From Ornithinimicrobium sp. (GTDB lineage: Bacteria > Actinomycetota > Actinomycetes > Actinomycetales > Dermatophilaceae): 34,254 bases of DNA. Position numbers and translations under genes: made by a program. Positions 1-8,791 of this stretch are shown here, one piece after another; the first letter of the stretch is position 1, and each line of letters opens with the position of its first letter. The DNA is taken from contig JBASAN010000033.1 in the NCBI GenBank assembly GCA_049650625.1, positions 1-34,254 of the forward strand, read 5' to 3'. The notes beneath the pieces were generated by a model. The model worked only from the letters and a program-made list of their open reading frames with translations, ran no database searches and had not been told where the DNA came from.

Positions 1-2
1 GG

Positions 3-290
3 GCCAACGTGCTGGCGCTGCGTGCCGTGGTCGACGGGCCGAGCGAGCAGTTCGCGGCCTACAACGTCTGCTCGGGCCAACCGGTCGGCATCGCCGACGT
101 CGCGCGACAGGTTGCCGGCGGCACCGGCTCGCGAGAAATCACGCCCCAGATCACCGGCGGCTACCGGCTCGGAGACGGCCGACACATCGTGGCTTCGCCG
201 GCTCGGGCCACCAGCGCGTTGGGCTTCACCGCGCAGGTTTCGCCCGAGCAGGGGCTGGCCGAGTTCGCCACGGCGCCGCTACGCGCTTGA
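3..290 (+). CDS. NAD-dependent epimerase/dehydratase, C-terminal part (5' end outside window); GalE3/Rv0536-like
   Basis: The frame is open from the window edge. The extended-SDR C-terminus YNVCSGQP...YRLGDGRHIVASPARA..LGF...EFATAPLR resembles, from memory, mycobacterial GalE3. Confidence 0.75.
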   Translation, partial: ANVLALRAVVDGPSEQFAAYNVCSGQPVGIADVARQVAGGTGSREITPQITGGYRLGDGRHIVASPARATSALGFTAQVSPEQGLAEFATAPLRA

Positions 291-315
291 TAAGCCGCTC
301 CGCGCTGTGGAGCCG

Positions 316-1722
316 CTACCAGCTCGTGTAGAGCAGCGTCTCCACGACCAGGGCGCTGCCGAGCTGGACGGCCAACGCCGGTCGGACCCAGCGCGGGGGG
401 AGGAGCGCCAACGACAGTGTCAGCCAGGGCATGAACGGCAACCAGATGCGCTCGACCTCGGCCTTGCTCATCCGGGACAGGTCGGCGATCAGGATCATCA
501 GCACCGCTGCGCCCGCGAGCAGGAGCACGACCCGGCGGTTCGACACGGTCTGAGCCGTGCCCGCCCGGCGTTGTCGTGGCGGGACGTTGACGGCGAGCAG
601 AGCCACTCCGGAGCCGATCATCGGCCCGGCGGCGATCAGCAGCGCACCCAGGTTGCCCCAAGCCCAGTAGGCGAATGGTCGATCCTGGGCCAGGCCGTCC
701 CAGTACCGCTCGGTCAGCACCGGATACGCCTCCCACCAGGCGAACCCGAGCGCGGCGAAGACCAGCACCACGCCCAGCGCGGCAGCGGCGGCGATCGGCA
801 CCGGCCACCACGACCCCCGGGCTGCCATCAGGATCGCGATGGCCAACACCCCGAGCAGGGGCAAGCCGTAGGACATCATCACCGTGTAGCCGAGCAGCAG
901 TCCGGCGACGACCGCGAAGCCCGCCATCCGACCCCGGGTGGATGACGTGGCGGCTACGGCCAAGGCCGCCATGCCCCATGCGGCCACCGCCGCGAAGAGG
1001 CCGTCGGCGGAGACCGCGATGAAGATGCCGGCCGGGCTCAACGCCAGGAACGGAGCGACGGCGCGGGCGGCCGTCTCGGCGCCCAGGGTCCGCATCGTCA
1101 TCAGCACGGGCACCACCACGGTGGCGCCCAGGGCAGCGGTGATCAACCCGGCCCACAGGGGGCTGGTCACGCCCAGGCGTACAAGAGCGATGAAGAACAG
1201 CACTGCCCCCGGGGGATGACCGGCCAGGTGGACCACCCAGTTGTCCGGGTGGGCGTAGGGGATGCGCGCGATGTACTCGTCCAGCATCTGCGGCACATCA
1301 TCGATCTCCAGCGCCGTCTCGAAGTACTCGTGCCGGTTCGCCAGCACGTGCTCGACGCCTGGGATGCCGTCGGTGAAAGCGAGCGAGAGCATCCAGGCCA
1401 GACCTGCGAGATAGCAGGTGACCAGAAGCCAGCGCCACGGGAGCCGCTGAGCGAGCGGAACGGCGTACACCAGGGCCAGCAGCGCGATCGCGACGGCGGG
1501 CAGGGTGCCCGGCCCGAAGTAGTTCGGGTCCCAGAAGCCGTGGAGCGGCTCGATGGTGCCGAAGGCCTCGGGGTCCTTGCGCGCATACACCTCCCAGTCC
1601 AGGAGGGTGGGGATGACGAAGGAGGCCACGATGATCAGGGCAGCGAGGGACAAGCCGACCCCGGGCGCCTTCGTAGGCGCCGGGGATGTCGTCGCCGCAG
1701 GCGCTGTATGCGTCTGGGTCAT
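316..1722 (-). CDS. mtxT: Polytopic GT-C-type glycosyltransferase, MtxT/Rv0541c-like
   Basis: 468 aa with many hydrophobic helices and the motifs WVVHLAGHPPG and SKAEVERIWLPF. It sits next to GT2, DUF2064 and epimerase genes. TAGCGT lies 6 nt before the ATG. Confidence 0.7.
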   Translation of the reverse strand: MTQTHTAPAATTSPAPTKAPGVGLSLAALIIVASFVIPTLLDWEVYARKDPEAFGTIEPLHGFWDPNYFGPGTLPAVAIALLALVYAVPLAQRLPWRWLLVTCYLAGLAWMLSLAFTDGIPGVEHVLANRHEYFETALEIDDVPQMLDEYIARIPYAHPDNWVVHLAGHPPGAVLFFIALVRLGVTSPLWAGLITAALGATVVVPVLMTMRTLGAETAARAVAPFLALSPAGIFIAVSADGLFAAVAAWGMAALAVAATSSTRGRMAGFAVVAGLLLGYTVMMSYGLPLLGVLAIAILMAARGSWWPVPIAAAAALGVVLVFAALGFAWWEAYPVLTERYWDGLAQDRPFAYWAWGNLGALLIAAGPMIGSGVALLAVNVPPRQRRAGTAQTVSNRRVVLLLAGAAVLMILIADLSRMSKAEVERIWLPFMPWLTLSLALLPPRWVRPALAVQLGSALVVETLLYTSW

Positions 1723-1728
1723 CCCCCT

Positions 1729-1734
1729 ACGCTA
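1729..1734 (-). promoter_or_regulatory. -10 element (TAGCGT) of a leaderless promoter
   Basis: TANNNT hexamer 6 nt upstream of the ATG at 1722. Confidence 0.55.
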
Positions 1735-1823
1735 AGTGACGAGTCTGTTTGCGACACTTCCGTCTATGTCGACGTCACATCCCCGTCCTGCTTCGGTAAA
1801 GCACAATTCAGCCAATATGCAGA

Positions 1824-1829
1824 TATCTT
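1824..1829 (+). promoter_or_regulatory. -10 element (TATCTT) of the leaderless GT2 operon promoter
   Basis: TANNNT hexamer 7 nt upstream of the GTG at 1837; no SD present. Confidence 0.5.
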
Positions 1830-1836
1830 GACCCAC

Positions 1837-2493
1837 GTGCCGCTTTGCGATCTCATCATCCCTTGCCGCGACGAGGGTCCCGCCTTAGTGGCGCTGCTCC
1901 CGATCGTGCCCGACCAGTTTCACGTCATCGTGGTGGACAACGGTTCGCGTGACGACACCGCGGAGGTCGCGGAGCGCCTCGGCGCCCGCGTCGTCGCCGA
2001 GTCCATCCCCGGCTACGGAGCTGCCATCCAGGCCGGCCTGCTGGCGGCCACCCACGACTACGTCGCGTTCATGGACGGCGATGGTTCCTTCGACCCCGCC
2101 GTCCTGAGCCCGATGCTGGAGCAGGTTCGCGAGGGGCAGGCGGACATGGCGCTGGGTCGCCGTCGGCCGAGCCGGCAGGGGGTGTGGCCCTGGCATGCGC
2201 GCGCCGGCAACGCCCTGATCCTGGCCTGGTTGCGCCACAGGATCGGGATGACCGTGCACGACATCGCCCCCATCCGGGTGTGCCGCCGTCAGGCGCTTCT
2301 GGACCTGGACGTGCAGGATCGACGGTTCGGCTACCCGGTGGAGCTGCTGCAGAAGGCCACGGTCGCTGGATGGCGGTTGCTGGAGAGTGACGTCGCCTAC
2401 GGGCCTCGGGCCGAGGGCACGAAGTCGAAGGTCTCGGGGTCGGTGACCGGGACGGTCCGTGCCGCGCGCGACTTCTGGAAGGTGCTGGCGTGA
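1837..2493 (+). CDS. mtxS: GT2 polyprenyl-phosphate sugar synthase, MtxS/Rv0539-like
   Basis: GT2 motifs IIPCRDE, VVDNGSRDDT, GYGAA, DxD-type MDGDGS, and C-terminal KSKVSGS..DFWKV. I moved the start from the ORF-track 1216 to GTG 1837 because the upstream part is an antisense overlap with the GT-C gene. Confidence 0.8.
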   Translation: MPLCDLIIPCRDEGPALVALLPIVPDQFHVIVVDNGSRDDTAEVAERLGARVVAESIPGYGAAIQAGLLAATHDYVAFMDGDGSFDPAVLSPMLEQVREGQADMALGRRRPSRQGVWPWHARAGNALILAWLRHRIGMTVHDIAPIRVCRRQALLDLDVQDRRFGYPVELLQKATVAGWRLLESDVAYGPRAEGTKSKVSGSVTGTVRAARDFWKVLA

Positions 2494-3134
2494 AGGTCCT
2501 GGTGATGGCCAAGGCGCCGGTGCCGGGGCTGGCCAAGACACGGCTCGGCGCCGTGATCGGCTACGAGGCTGCGGCCGACCTCGCAGCAGCGGGACTGCTG
2601 GACACGATGGCCGTATGCCGTGAGGCGGGGGCTGAGGGGGTCATCGCCTTGACCGGCGACCTCGACGAGGCCATGCGGGCCGAGGAGATCCGCACGGCCC
2701 TGGCCGACTGGACCATCGTGTGGCAGCGGGGCGACGGGTTTGCTGACCGACTGGCTAACGCACACCTGGATGCTGGGCCCGGGCCGCTTTTTCAGGTCGG
2801 GATGGACACCCCCCAACTGACCACCGCGCACCTTGAGTCGGCAGCCTCGGCGCTCCTGCGCCATGACACGGTTCTGGGCCCGGCCGAGGATGGTGGATGG
2901 TGGGGTTTGGGCCTGCACGACCCTGCGGATGCGCATGCGCTCAGGGGGGTGCCCATGTCCACCTCACACACCTGCGAAGATACTCACTCGGCACTGCGTT
3001 CACGGGGCCTCAGTGTTGGCCGGGTCGAAACTTTGCGGGACGTCGACCAGGTGGATGACGCCGAGGTCGTGGCGGCATCCGCACCGCATACACGATTCGC
3101 CCGAGCCTGGGCCACGAAGGGGGTCCACCCATGA
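2490..3134 (+). CDS. DUF2064 / TIGR04282-type nucleotidyltransferase-like protein, Rv0540-like
   Basis: Motifs MAKAPVPGLAKTRL, QRGDGFADRLANA, GMDTPQ, LGPAEDGGWW and LRDVD; GTGA overlap with GT2. Confidence 0.85.
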   Translation: MKVLVMAKAPVPGLAKTRLGAVIGYEAAADLAAAGLLDTMAVCREAGAEGVIALTGDLDEAMRAEEIRTALADWTIVWQRGDGFADRLANAHLDAGPGPLFQVGMDTPQLTTAHLESAASALLRHDTVLGPAEDGGWWGLGLHDPADAHALRGVPMSTSHTCEDTHSALRSRGLSVGRVETLRDVDQVDDAEVVAASAPHTRFARAWATKGVHP

Positions 3135-3772
3135 CTCAGACTCAGACGTCCTTTACGGATCTCTTCTCTCGCGCACTGCAAGGATCTCCGGTCCACATCG
3201 TCGGACTCGAAGACGATCCCAAGCACCTTCCGGTGCAGGACTGGACGAGGGACGCCGACCCGGCCGACCTCGCCTTGCTGGACCTGTGCCCCACCTGCAC
3301 CATCGACATCGGCTGCGGGCCGGGACGGTTGACCTCGGCGCTGGCGGCACGGGGTCAGATCGTGCTCGGTATCGACATCGTCAGTGAGGCGGTCGGTCAG
3401 ACCCGCTCGCGCGGTGCTGCGGCCGTGGTGCGGGACGTCTTCAAGCCGATGCCGGGCGAAGGGCGCTGGCAGAACGCCCTGCTGGCCGACGGCAACATCG
3501 GCATCGGCGGAGACCCGGTGGCCCTGCTGGCTCGGGCGCGAGAGCTCATCACCGATCACGGCCGCATCGTGGTCGAGGTCAAGGAGGCCGGAGTGGCGAT
3601 GAAGACGCTCTGGGCGACGCTGGAGTGCGGTGAAGCGACGAGTCGACCGTTCCGCTGGGCGATCGTCGGGCTCGACGACATCGAGGAAGTCGCCGCCCGG
3701 GCGGGTCTGGTGGTGACCTCACGCCACCCCATCGGTGACCGCTGGGCCGTGGTTCTCCAAGTGCACCAGTGA
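3131..3772 (+). CDS. Class I SAM-dependent methyltransferase
   Basis: Motif I IDIGCGPGR, GID motif and LLADGNIGIGG; ATGA overlap with the upstream gene. Confidence 0.85.
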   Translation: MTQTQTSFTDLFSRALQGSPVHIVGLEDDPKHLPVQDWTRDADPADLALLDLCPTCTIDIGCGPGRLTSALAARGQIVLGIDIVSEAVGQTRSRGAAAVVRDVFKPMPGEGRWQNALLADGNIGIGGDPVALLARARELITDHGRIVVEVKEAGVAMKTLWATLECGEATSRPFRWAIVGLDDIEEVAARAGLVVTSRHPIGDRWAVVLQVHQ

Positions 3773-3949
3773 GATTCGTTCCCGGGTGGGTTTCACGCCC
3801 CCACGGGAGGGTGCGGCAGACGGGTTCGACGCCGCGAGTGTTTCGATTTGCGTAAGGGTCTCAACCGCGTTTGATCTCTACACTCGCAAGGTATTGACCA
3901 GAAACAATGGCTTTTGAGTGGTCCCCAAGCCCTACTGTCCGAGGATTCC

Positions 3950-5110
3950 ATGAAACCTCCCGTTCCCACCCCGGAGCTGTTTACGTCACGGCTGCGCAGC
4001 CCGTACGTCGCCGCTCGGATTGGAGTATGGCTGGGGGTGTGTTTCGGCATTTGCTTCGTGACCGGATTAGTCAGCCACTACTCCCAAGAGGTCAACCAAC
4101 CCATTCCTTTTCCGACGAGTCCCGCGTGGGGTTATCGGCTCAACCAAGGACTGCACGTGGCCACCGGTATTGCGGCTATCCCTTTGCTGTTGGTGAAACT
4201 GTGGACGGTCTATCCCCGACTGTTTGCCGGCTTCCCGCTCGGAGATCTTCGCAAGATGGTTGTGGTCGGACTCGAGCGGGCCTCGATCGCCGTCCTGGTG
4301 GCCGCGGGCATCTTTGAGCTGGTGACAGGACTGCTCAACAGCACCCAGTGGTATCCGTGGAGCTTCTCCTTCCGCAGCACCCACTATGCGTTGGCCTGGA
4401 TCGCGATCGGCGCCCTGCTGGTGCATATCGCCGTGAAGCTGCCCGTCATCCGAGATGCCCTGCTCGGCGATATCGACGATGACGAGCACGACCGCCCCAG
4501 CGCGGTGGAGGAAGGTGCGCTGTCGCGTCGCGGGCTGGTCCGCACCACCTGGCTCGCGGCAGGCGTCGCCGTGCTGGCCACAGCAGGCGCCACGGTGCCG
4601 TGGTTGCGTCAGGTCTCCGTCCTGGGGGTTCGATCGGGCGAGGGGCCCCAAGGCATCCCGATCAACAAGTCAGCGCAGGCGGCGCGCATCACCGACGACA
4701 TGGTCGGGAAGGACTATCGACTGGCGGTCGTTGCCGGCGAGGTCGAGATGTCGTTCAGTCGCGAGCAGCTGCTCGGTATGACGCAACACACCGAGACGTT
4801 GCCGATCGCCTGCGTGGAGGGCTGGAGCGCGAGCGGTGAGTGGACGGGGGTGCGCCTTCGGGACCTGCTGGACATGGTCGACGCCAGAGCCGGCTCCGAG
4901 GTGGTCGCCCGCTCGCTCCAGCCCTCGGGACCCTTCCGGAACACGCTGCTGCAGGCCAACTTCGTCGAGGACGAGCGCACGCTGGTGGCGCTGCAGCTGA
5001 ACGGCGAGGACCTCGACCTGGACCACGGCTTCCCCTGCCGACTGATCGCCCCCAACCGACCTGGCGTGCTGCAGACGAAGTGGCTCGACACGCTGGAGGT
5101 GCGGGCATGA
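3950..5110 (+). CDS. Membrane-bound molybdopterin oxidoreductase (sulfite oxidase/MsrP family) fused to a cytochrome-b-like TM domain
   Basis: SD GAGGA before ATG 3950. Four N-terminal TM segments each carry a His. An internal SRRGLV precedes a hydrophobic helix. The Mo-ligand motif LPIACVEGWS is followed by WTGVRLRDLL, LNGEDL..DHGFPCRLIAP and TKW. Confidence 0.85.
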   Translation: MKPPVPTPELFTSRLRSPYVAARIGVWLGVCFGICFVTGLVSHYSQEVNQPIPFPTSPAWGYRLNQGLHVATGIAAIPLLLVKLWTVYPRLFAGFPLGDLRKMVVVGLERASIAVLVAAGIFELVTGLLNSTQWYPWSFSFRSTHYALAWIAIGALLVHIAVKLPVIRDALLGDIDDDEHDRPSAVEEGALSRRGLVRTTWLAAGVAVLATAGATVPWLRQVSVLGVRSGEGPQGIPINKSAQAARITDDMVGKDYRLAVVAGEVEMSFSREQLLGMTQHTETLPIACVEGWSASGEWTGVRLRDLLDMVDARAGSEVVARSLQPSGPFRNTLLQANFVEDERTLVALQLNGEDLDLDHGFPCRLIAPNRPGVLQTKWLDTLEVRA

Positions 5111-5580
5111 TCGCCGGGGTGCGGTTCGCGGTCGGGGCCCTCGGGGTGGGTATCGGCCTGTGGGGTGCCTGGCTGATCTTCGGTAGCGCCGACTCCTCCG
5201 ACCTCCTCAGCATCGCGATCTGGCTCGGCGGCGGCATCATCGCCAACGACGGGATCATCGCCGTGGTCAGCTTGGTCGTCGCGGCGGTGGCAATGCGTCT
5301 GCTGCCGAAGCCGGCTCGGGCTCCCGCAGCCGTCGCCCTGGTGGTGGTCGGGACGATCACGGTGGTGGCCATCCCGTTCTTGGGCCGGTTCGGCGCCCGG
5401 GAGGACAACCCGACGCTGCTCGACCGGAACTACGTAGCCGGATACGGGGTCCTGGTCCTCATCGTCGTGGTGGCGGTGACGGCGTTCGCGTTCTACCGGA
5501 CGCGGCAGACGGACCGCGATGGTCTGGAACCGGGGGAGGGCCCCGCGCGCGGCGCGGTCAGCGGGCGCCGTCGCGGGTAA
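5107..5580 (+). CDS. Small 4-TM membrane protein, probable partner of the Mo-oxidoreductase
   Basis: ATGA overlap with the upstream stop; four hydrophobic segments and an NPTLLDRNY loop. Confidence 0.7.
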   Translation: MIAGVRFAVGALGVGIGLWGAWLIFGSADSSDLLSIAIWLGGGIIANDGIIAVVSLVVAAVAMRLLPKPARAPAAVALVVVGTITVVAIPFLGRFGAREDNPTLLDRNYVAGYGVLVLIVVVAVTAFAFYRTRQTDRDGLEPGEGPARGAVSGRRRG

Positions 5581-8053
5581 TGGTGCCTCCGTCCGTGCCG
5601 GCACCGGGTCCGAGCTCGATGACCCAGTCGGCAGTGGCCAGCGCCGCAGGGTGATGCTCGACCAGCACCACCGTATGTCCGTCGTCGGCGAGGGTGTGCA
5701 GCTGCCTCAGCAGACGGTGCACGTCAGCCGGGTGCAGCCCCGAGGTCGGCTCGTCGAGGAGATAGAGGGTGGGTTGGCGTCGCTCCGTTTGCAGCTCGCT
5801 GGCGAGCTTGATGCGTTGCGCCTCGCCGCCGGAGAGCTCCGTGGCCGGTTGGCCGAGACGTAGGTAGCCCAGCCCGAGGGTTGAGAGGGCAGCCAGAGCA
5901 CGGGCGACGGGTGTCTCGTCGGCGAAGACCGGCTGCGCCTGGGCAACGGTCCAGGACAGGACGTCGGCGATCGTGTGCCCACGCCAGGTCACTTCCAGCG
6001 TCTCGTCGTTGTATCGGGACCCGTGGCAGGTCGGGCAGGTCGAGTAGGTCCCCGGCAGGAACAACAGCTCGATGGCCACCGAGCCCTCGCCCTGGCAGGT
6101 GGGGCAACGGCCGGCGGTCACGTTGAAGCTGAACCGACCGGGCCGGTAACCGCGCTCGCGAGCCAGCGGGGTCCGGGCGAACAGGCTACGGACGTGGTCG
6201 AACAGACCGGTATACGTCGCAAGGTTGGACCGGGGTGTGCGGCCGATCGGCTTGGAGGTGATGCGCACCAACCGGGAGGGCACCTGGGAACCCTTTGCCC
6301 GGGCGGTGGTGGCGGGCCCGGAGGGGGCCCTCCCGGTGGAAGAGTCCTCGTTGTCCTGGGTCAGGTCCCCGTTGGGGAGGGCGCCTTCGACAACGTCGTG
6401 GACGACGTCGAGCACGGTGCTCTTGCCCGATCCCGAGACGCCCGTCAGCACCGTGACGACGCCCAGCGGCAGGCTGACGTCGAGGTCGTGGACCGTATGC
6501 CGTTCGATGCCGCCGACGTGCAGCGAGCCCACCGGCGCCCGGACCGCGTCGGACGGGGACCGGATGTCACCGGCGTGCACCGGGGAGTGCTGGAACCGTG
6601 CGGTGATCGAGCGTTCGACGGCCCGGAGTCCCTCCAACTCCCCGGAGTAGAGCACGTCGCCCCCCTCGACCCCCGCCCCGGGACCCACGTCGACCACCCA
6701 GTCGCAGGCCGCAACGACCGCCATGTCGTGCTCGACCACCAGGACGGTGTTGCCGGCCTCGACCAGCCCACGCAGGGCCCGCAGCAGGGCCTCGGTGTCG
6801 CGCGGGTGCAGACCGGCCGACGGCTCGTCGAGCACGTAGACCACTCCGAAGAGCCCCGAGCGGACGGACGTCGCGACGCGAAGGCGCTGCAGCTCTCCGG
6901 ACGACACCGAGGTGCTCGACCGCGCGAGGTCGAGGTGGCCGATGCCGAGGTCCACGATGACCTGTAGATGGGAGCTCAGGTCGTCCAGCAGGAGACGCTC
7001 GGCCGCCTCCACCGCCGATTGCTCGGAGCCGCCGGGGTGGGCGCCGGTCTCGAGACCGTCCCGACCCCCGAGGGCCTGTAGACGCTGCTGCATGAGCGTC
7101 AACAACTCCGCGATGGGCCGTCGGGTGGCCTCGTCGACGGCGAGACCTTGCCAGCGCACGGACAACGCGTCCTGACCGAGGCGTCGACCGTGACAGACCT
7201 CACAGGGCGAGCTGACGACATACCTCAGAGCCCGTGCTCGCTGGCTTGCGCTCTTCGTCTCCGACAAGGTGCGCATCAGGTATCGCTCGGCGCTGACGAA
7301 GCGCCCCTCGTAGGGTCGATGCACGCGACCGGCCGCCCGTTCGGGCACCACGGTCACGACCGGGGTGTCCTGGCTGAACAGGATGAAGTCGCGTGCTGCT
7401 TCCGGCAGATCACGCCACGGAAGGTCGATGTCGTAGCCCAAGGTGGCCACGATGTCCCGGTAGTTCTTTCCCTGCCAGGCTCCCGGCCAGGCGGCGATGG
7501 CCCCCTGGGCGATCGACAGGGAGGGGTCGGGCACCATCGAGTCCTCGGTCGGTCGATGCACGGTGCCCAGACCCGAGCACTCCGGGCAGGCGCCGACCGC
7601 GGTGTTCGGTGAGAAATGGTCGGAGTCCATCGCCGCCACGCCCTCGGGATAGTCCCCGCAGCGTGACCACAGCATCCGCAACGTGTTGCCCGTGGTGGTG
7701 ATGGTGCCGACCGTCGAGCGGCTGCTCGACCCACCCCGGCTCTGCTCCAGCGCCACGGTCGGCGGTAATCCGGTGATGTCGCGGACCTGCGGGTCGAGGG
7801 CCGTATGGATCAGCCGACGCGCGAACGGCGCCACCGAGTCGAAGTATCGGCGTTGGGCTTCGCCGTGGATCGTGCCGAAGGCCAGCGACGACTTGCCGGA
7901 CCCGGAGATCCCGGTGAAGGCGACGAGTCGGTTGCGTGGCACGACCACGTCGACGTCCCGAAGATTGTGCAAGCGAGCCCCGTGCACCGTGATGACGTCG
8001 GTCGGGCCGAGCCCACTGGGGAGGACATCCATGGTCCCCGTCATCGATGGCAT
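5558..8053 (-). CDS. uvrA: Class II UvrA-family ABC ATPase (UvrA2/DrrC-like)
   Basis: GARLHNL, two Walker A motifs ([18 protein letters not shown]), signatures SSGELQR and [12 protein letters not shown] Walker B motifs and CxxC Zn fingers. At 831 aa it appears to lack the UvrB-binding domain. TAGGCT 6 nt upstream supports start 8053. Confidence 0.9.
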   Translation of the reverse strand: MPSMTGTMDVLPSGLGPTDVITVHGARLHNLRDVDVVVPRNRLVAFTGISGSGKSSLAFGTIHGEAQRRYFDSVAPFARRLIHTALDPQVRDITGLPPTVALEQSRGGSSSRSTVGTITTTGNTLRMLWSRCGDYPEGVAAMDSDHFSPNTAVGACPECSGLGTVHRPTEDSMVPDPSLSIAQGAIAAWPGAWQGKNYRDIVATLGYDIDLPWRDLPEAARDFILFSQDTPVVTVVPERAAGRVHRPYEGRFVSAERYLMRTLSETKSASQRARALRYVVSSPCEVCHGRRLGQDALSVRWQGLAVDEATRRPIAELLTLMQQRLQALGGRDGLETGAHPGGSEQSAVEAAERLLLDDLSSHLQVIVDLGIGHLDLARSSTSVSSGELQRLRVATSVRSGLFGVVYVLDEPSAGLHPRDTEALLRALRGLVEAGNTVLVVEHDMAVVAACDWVVDVGPGAGVEGGDVLYSGELEGLRAVERSITARFQHSPVHAGDIRSPSDAVRAPVGSLHVGGIERHTVHDLDVSLPLGVVTVLTGVSGSGKSTVLDVVHDVVEGALPNGDLTQDNEDSSTGRAPSGPATTARAKGSQVPSRLVRITSKPIGRTPRSNLATYTGLFDHVRSLFARTPLARERGYRPGRFSFNVTAGRCPTCQGEGSVAIELLFLPGTYSTCPTCHGSRYNDETLEVTWRGHTIADVLSWTVAQAQPVFADETPVARALAALSTLGLGYLRLGQPATELSGGEAQRIKLASELQTERRQPTLYLLDEPTSGLHPADVHRLLRQLHTLADDGHTVVLVEHHPAALATADWVIELGPGAGTDGGTITRDGAR

Positions 8054-8100
8054 CGTCCCAGCCTATGGTCCACGTAGCGTCGCAAGGACATGATGGTCCG

Positions 8101-8394
8101 ATGAGCGAACTTCACGTCATTGCGACCATCCCCGCCCGAGCCGACGCGGTCGACCAGGTCCGCGTCGCGTTGCAGGAACTGGCGAGGGCGACCCAGGCCG
8201 AGGAAGGTTGCCATGCCTACGACCTCTACGAGTCCGGGGCTGCTGAAGGCACCTTCGTCACCGTGGAACGCTGGCGCTCGCAGGCCGACCTGGATGCCCA
8301 CCTGGCGAGTGAGCACGTGGCTGCCGCCTTTGCCACGGCCGGACCGCTGTTGGCCGGTGAGGTGGCGATCCACCCGCTGACGCCGGTCGAGTAG
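8101..8394 (+). CDS. ABM-family (putative quinol) monooxygenase
   Basis: 97 aa; TQAEEGCHAYDLY...FVTVERWRSQADLDAHLASEH pattern. Confidence 0.85.
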   Translation: MSELHVIATIPARADAVDQVRVALQELARATQAEEGCHAYDLYESGAAEGTFVTVERWRSQADLDAHLASEHVAAAFATAGPLLAGEVAIHPLTPVE

Positions 8395-8398
8395 GGCC

Positions 8399-8791
8399 AT
8401 GAGGATCTTCCACATCACCGAGGCCGCACAGTGGGCCAGGTCCGCGGCGAAGGGGCTGCACGAGCAGTCCACTCGTGGGCGATCCTTGGCTCAGGTCGGC
8501 TTCATCCACTGCTCGAGCTGGGATCAGCTGCCCGCAACCGCTGAGTTCGTCTATGCGGGGGTGAACGAGCCGTTGGTGGTGCTGGAGATCGAGGTGGATC
8601 TGGCGGAGTCCGCGGGGACCGAGCTCCGCTACGAGCACGGGAACCCCGATGACACCTCGTCTGCGCTCTTCCCGCACCTCTACGGCCCGCTACCCACGGC
8701 GTGTGTATGCCGGGTGCTCACCGCCGGATTCGACGACCGTGGAGCGTTCGTCGTGGACACGGCGGACGGTGGGCCCGCGCAGTCCGCCTAG
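8399..8791 (+). CDS. DUF952 family protein
   Basis: Motifs IFHIT...W, GFIHCS and FPHLYGPL. Confidence 0.85.
   Translation: MRIFHITEAAQWARSAAKGLHEQSTRGRSLAQVGFIHCSSWDQLPATAEFVYAGVNEPLVVLEIEVDLAESAGTELRYEHGNPDDTSSALFPHLYGPLPTACVCRVLTAGFDDRGAFVVDTADGGPAQSA

Noticed and set aside
1216..1836. N-terminal extension of the GT2 ORF (similar extensions at 4840, 10914, 11363, 11635, 17585, 22114 and 28337)
   Set aside because: They overlap other genes or promoters; family homology and -10/SD signals point to the later starts.
2490..3134. Arsenosugar biosynthesis role implied by the TIGR04282 family name
   Set aside because: No arsM/arsS radical-SAM or other ars genes are adjacent; the context fits the MTX-type cluster better.
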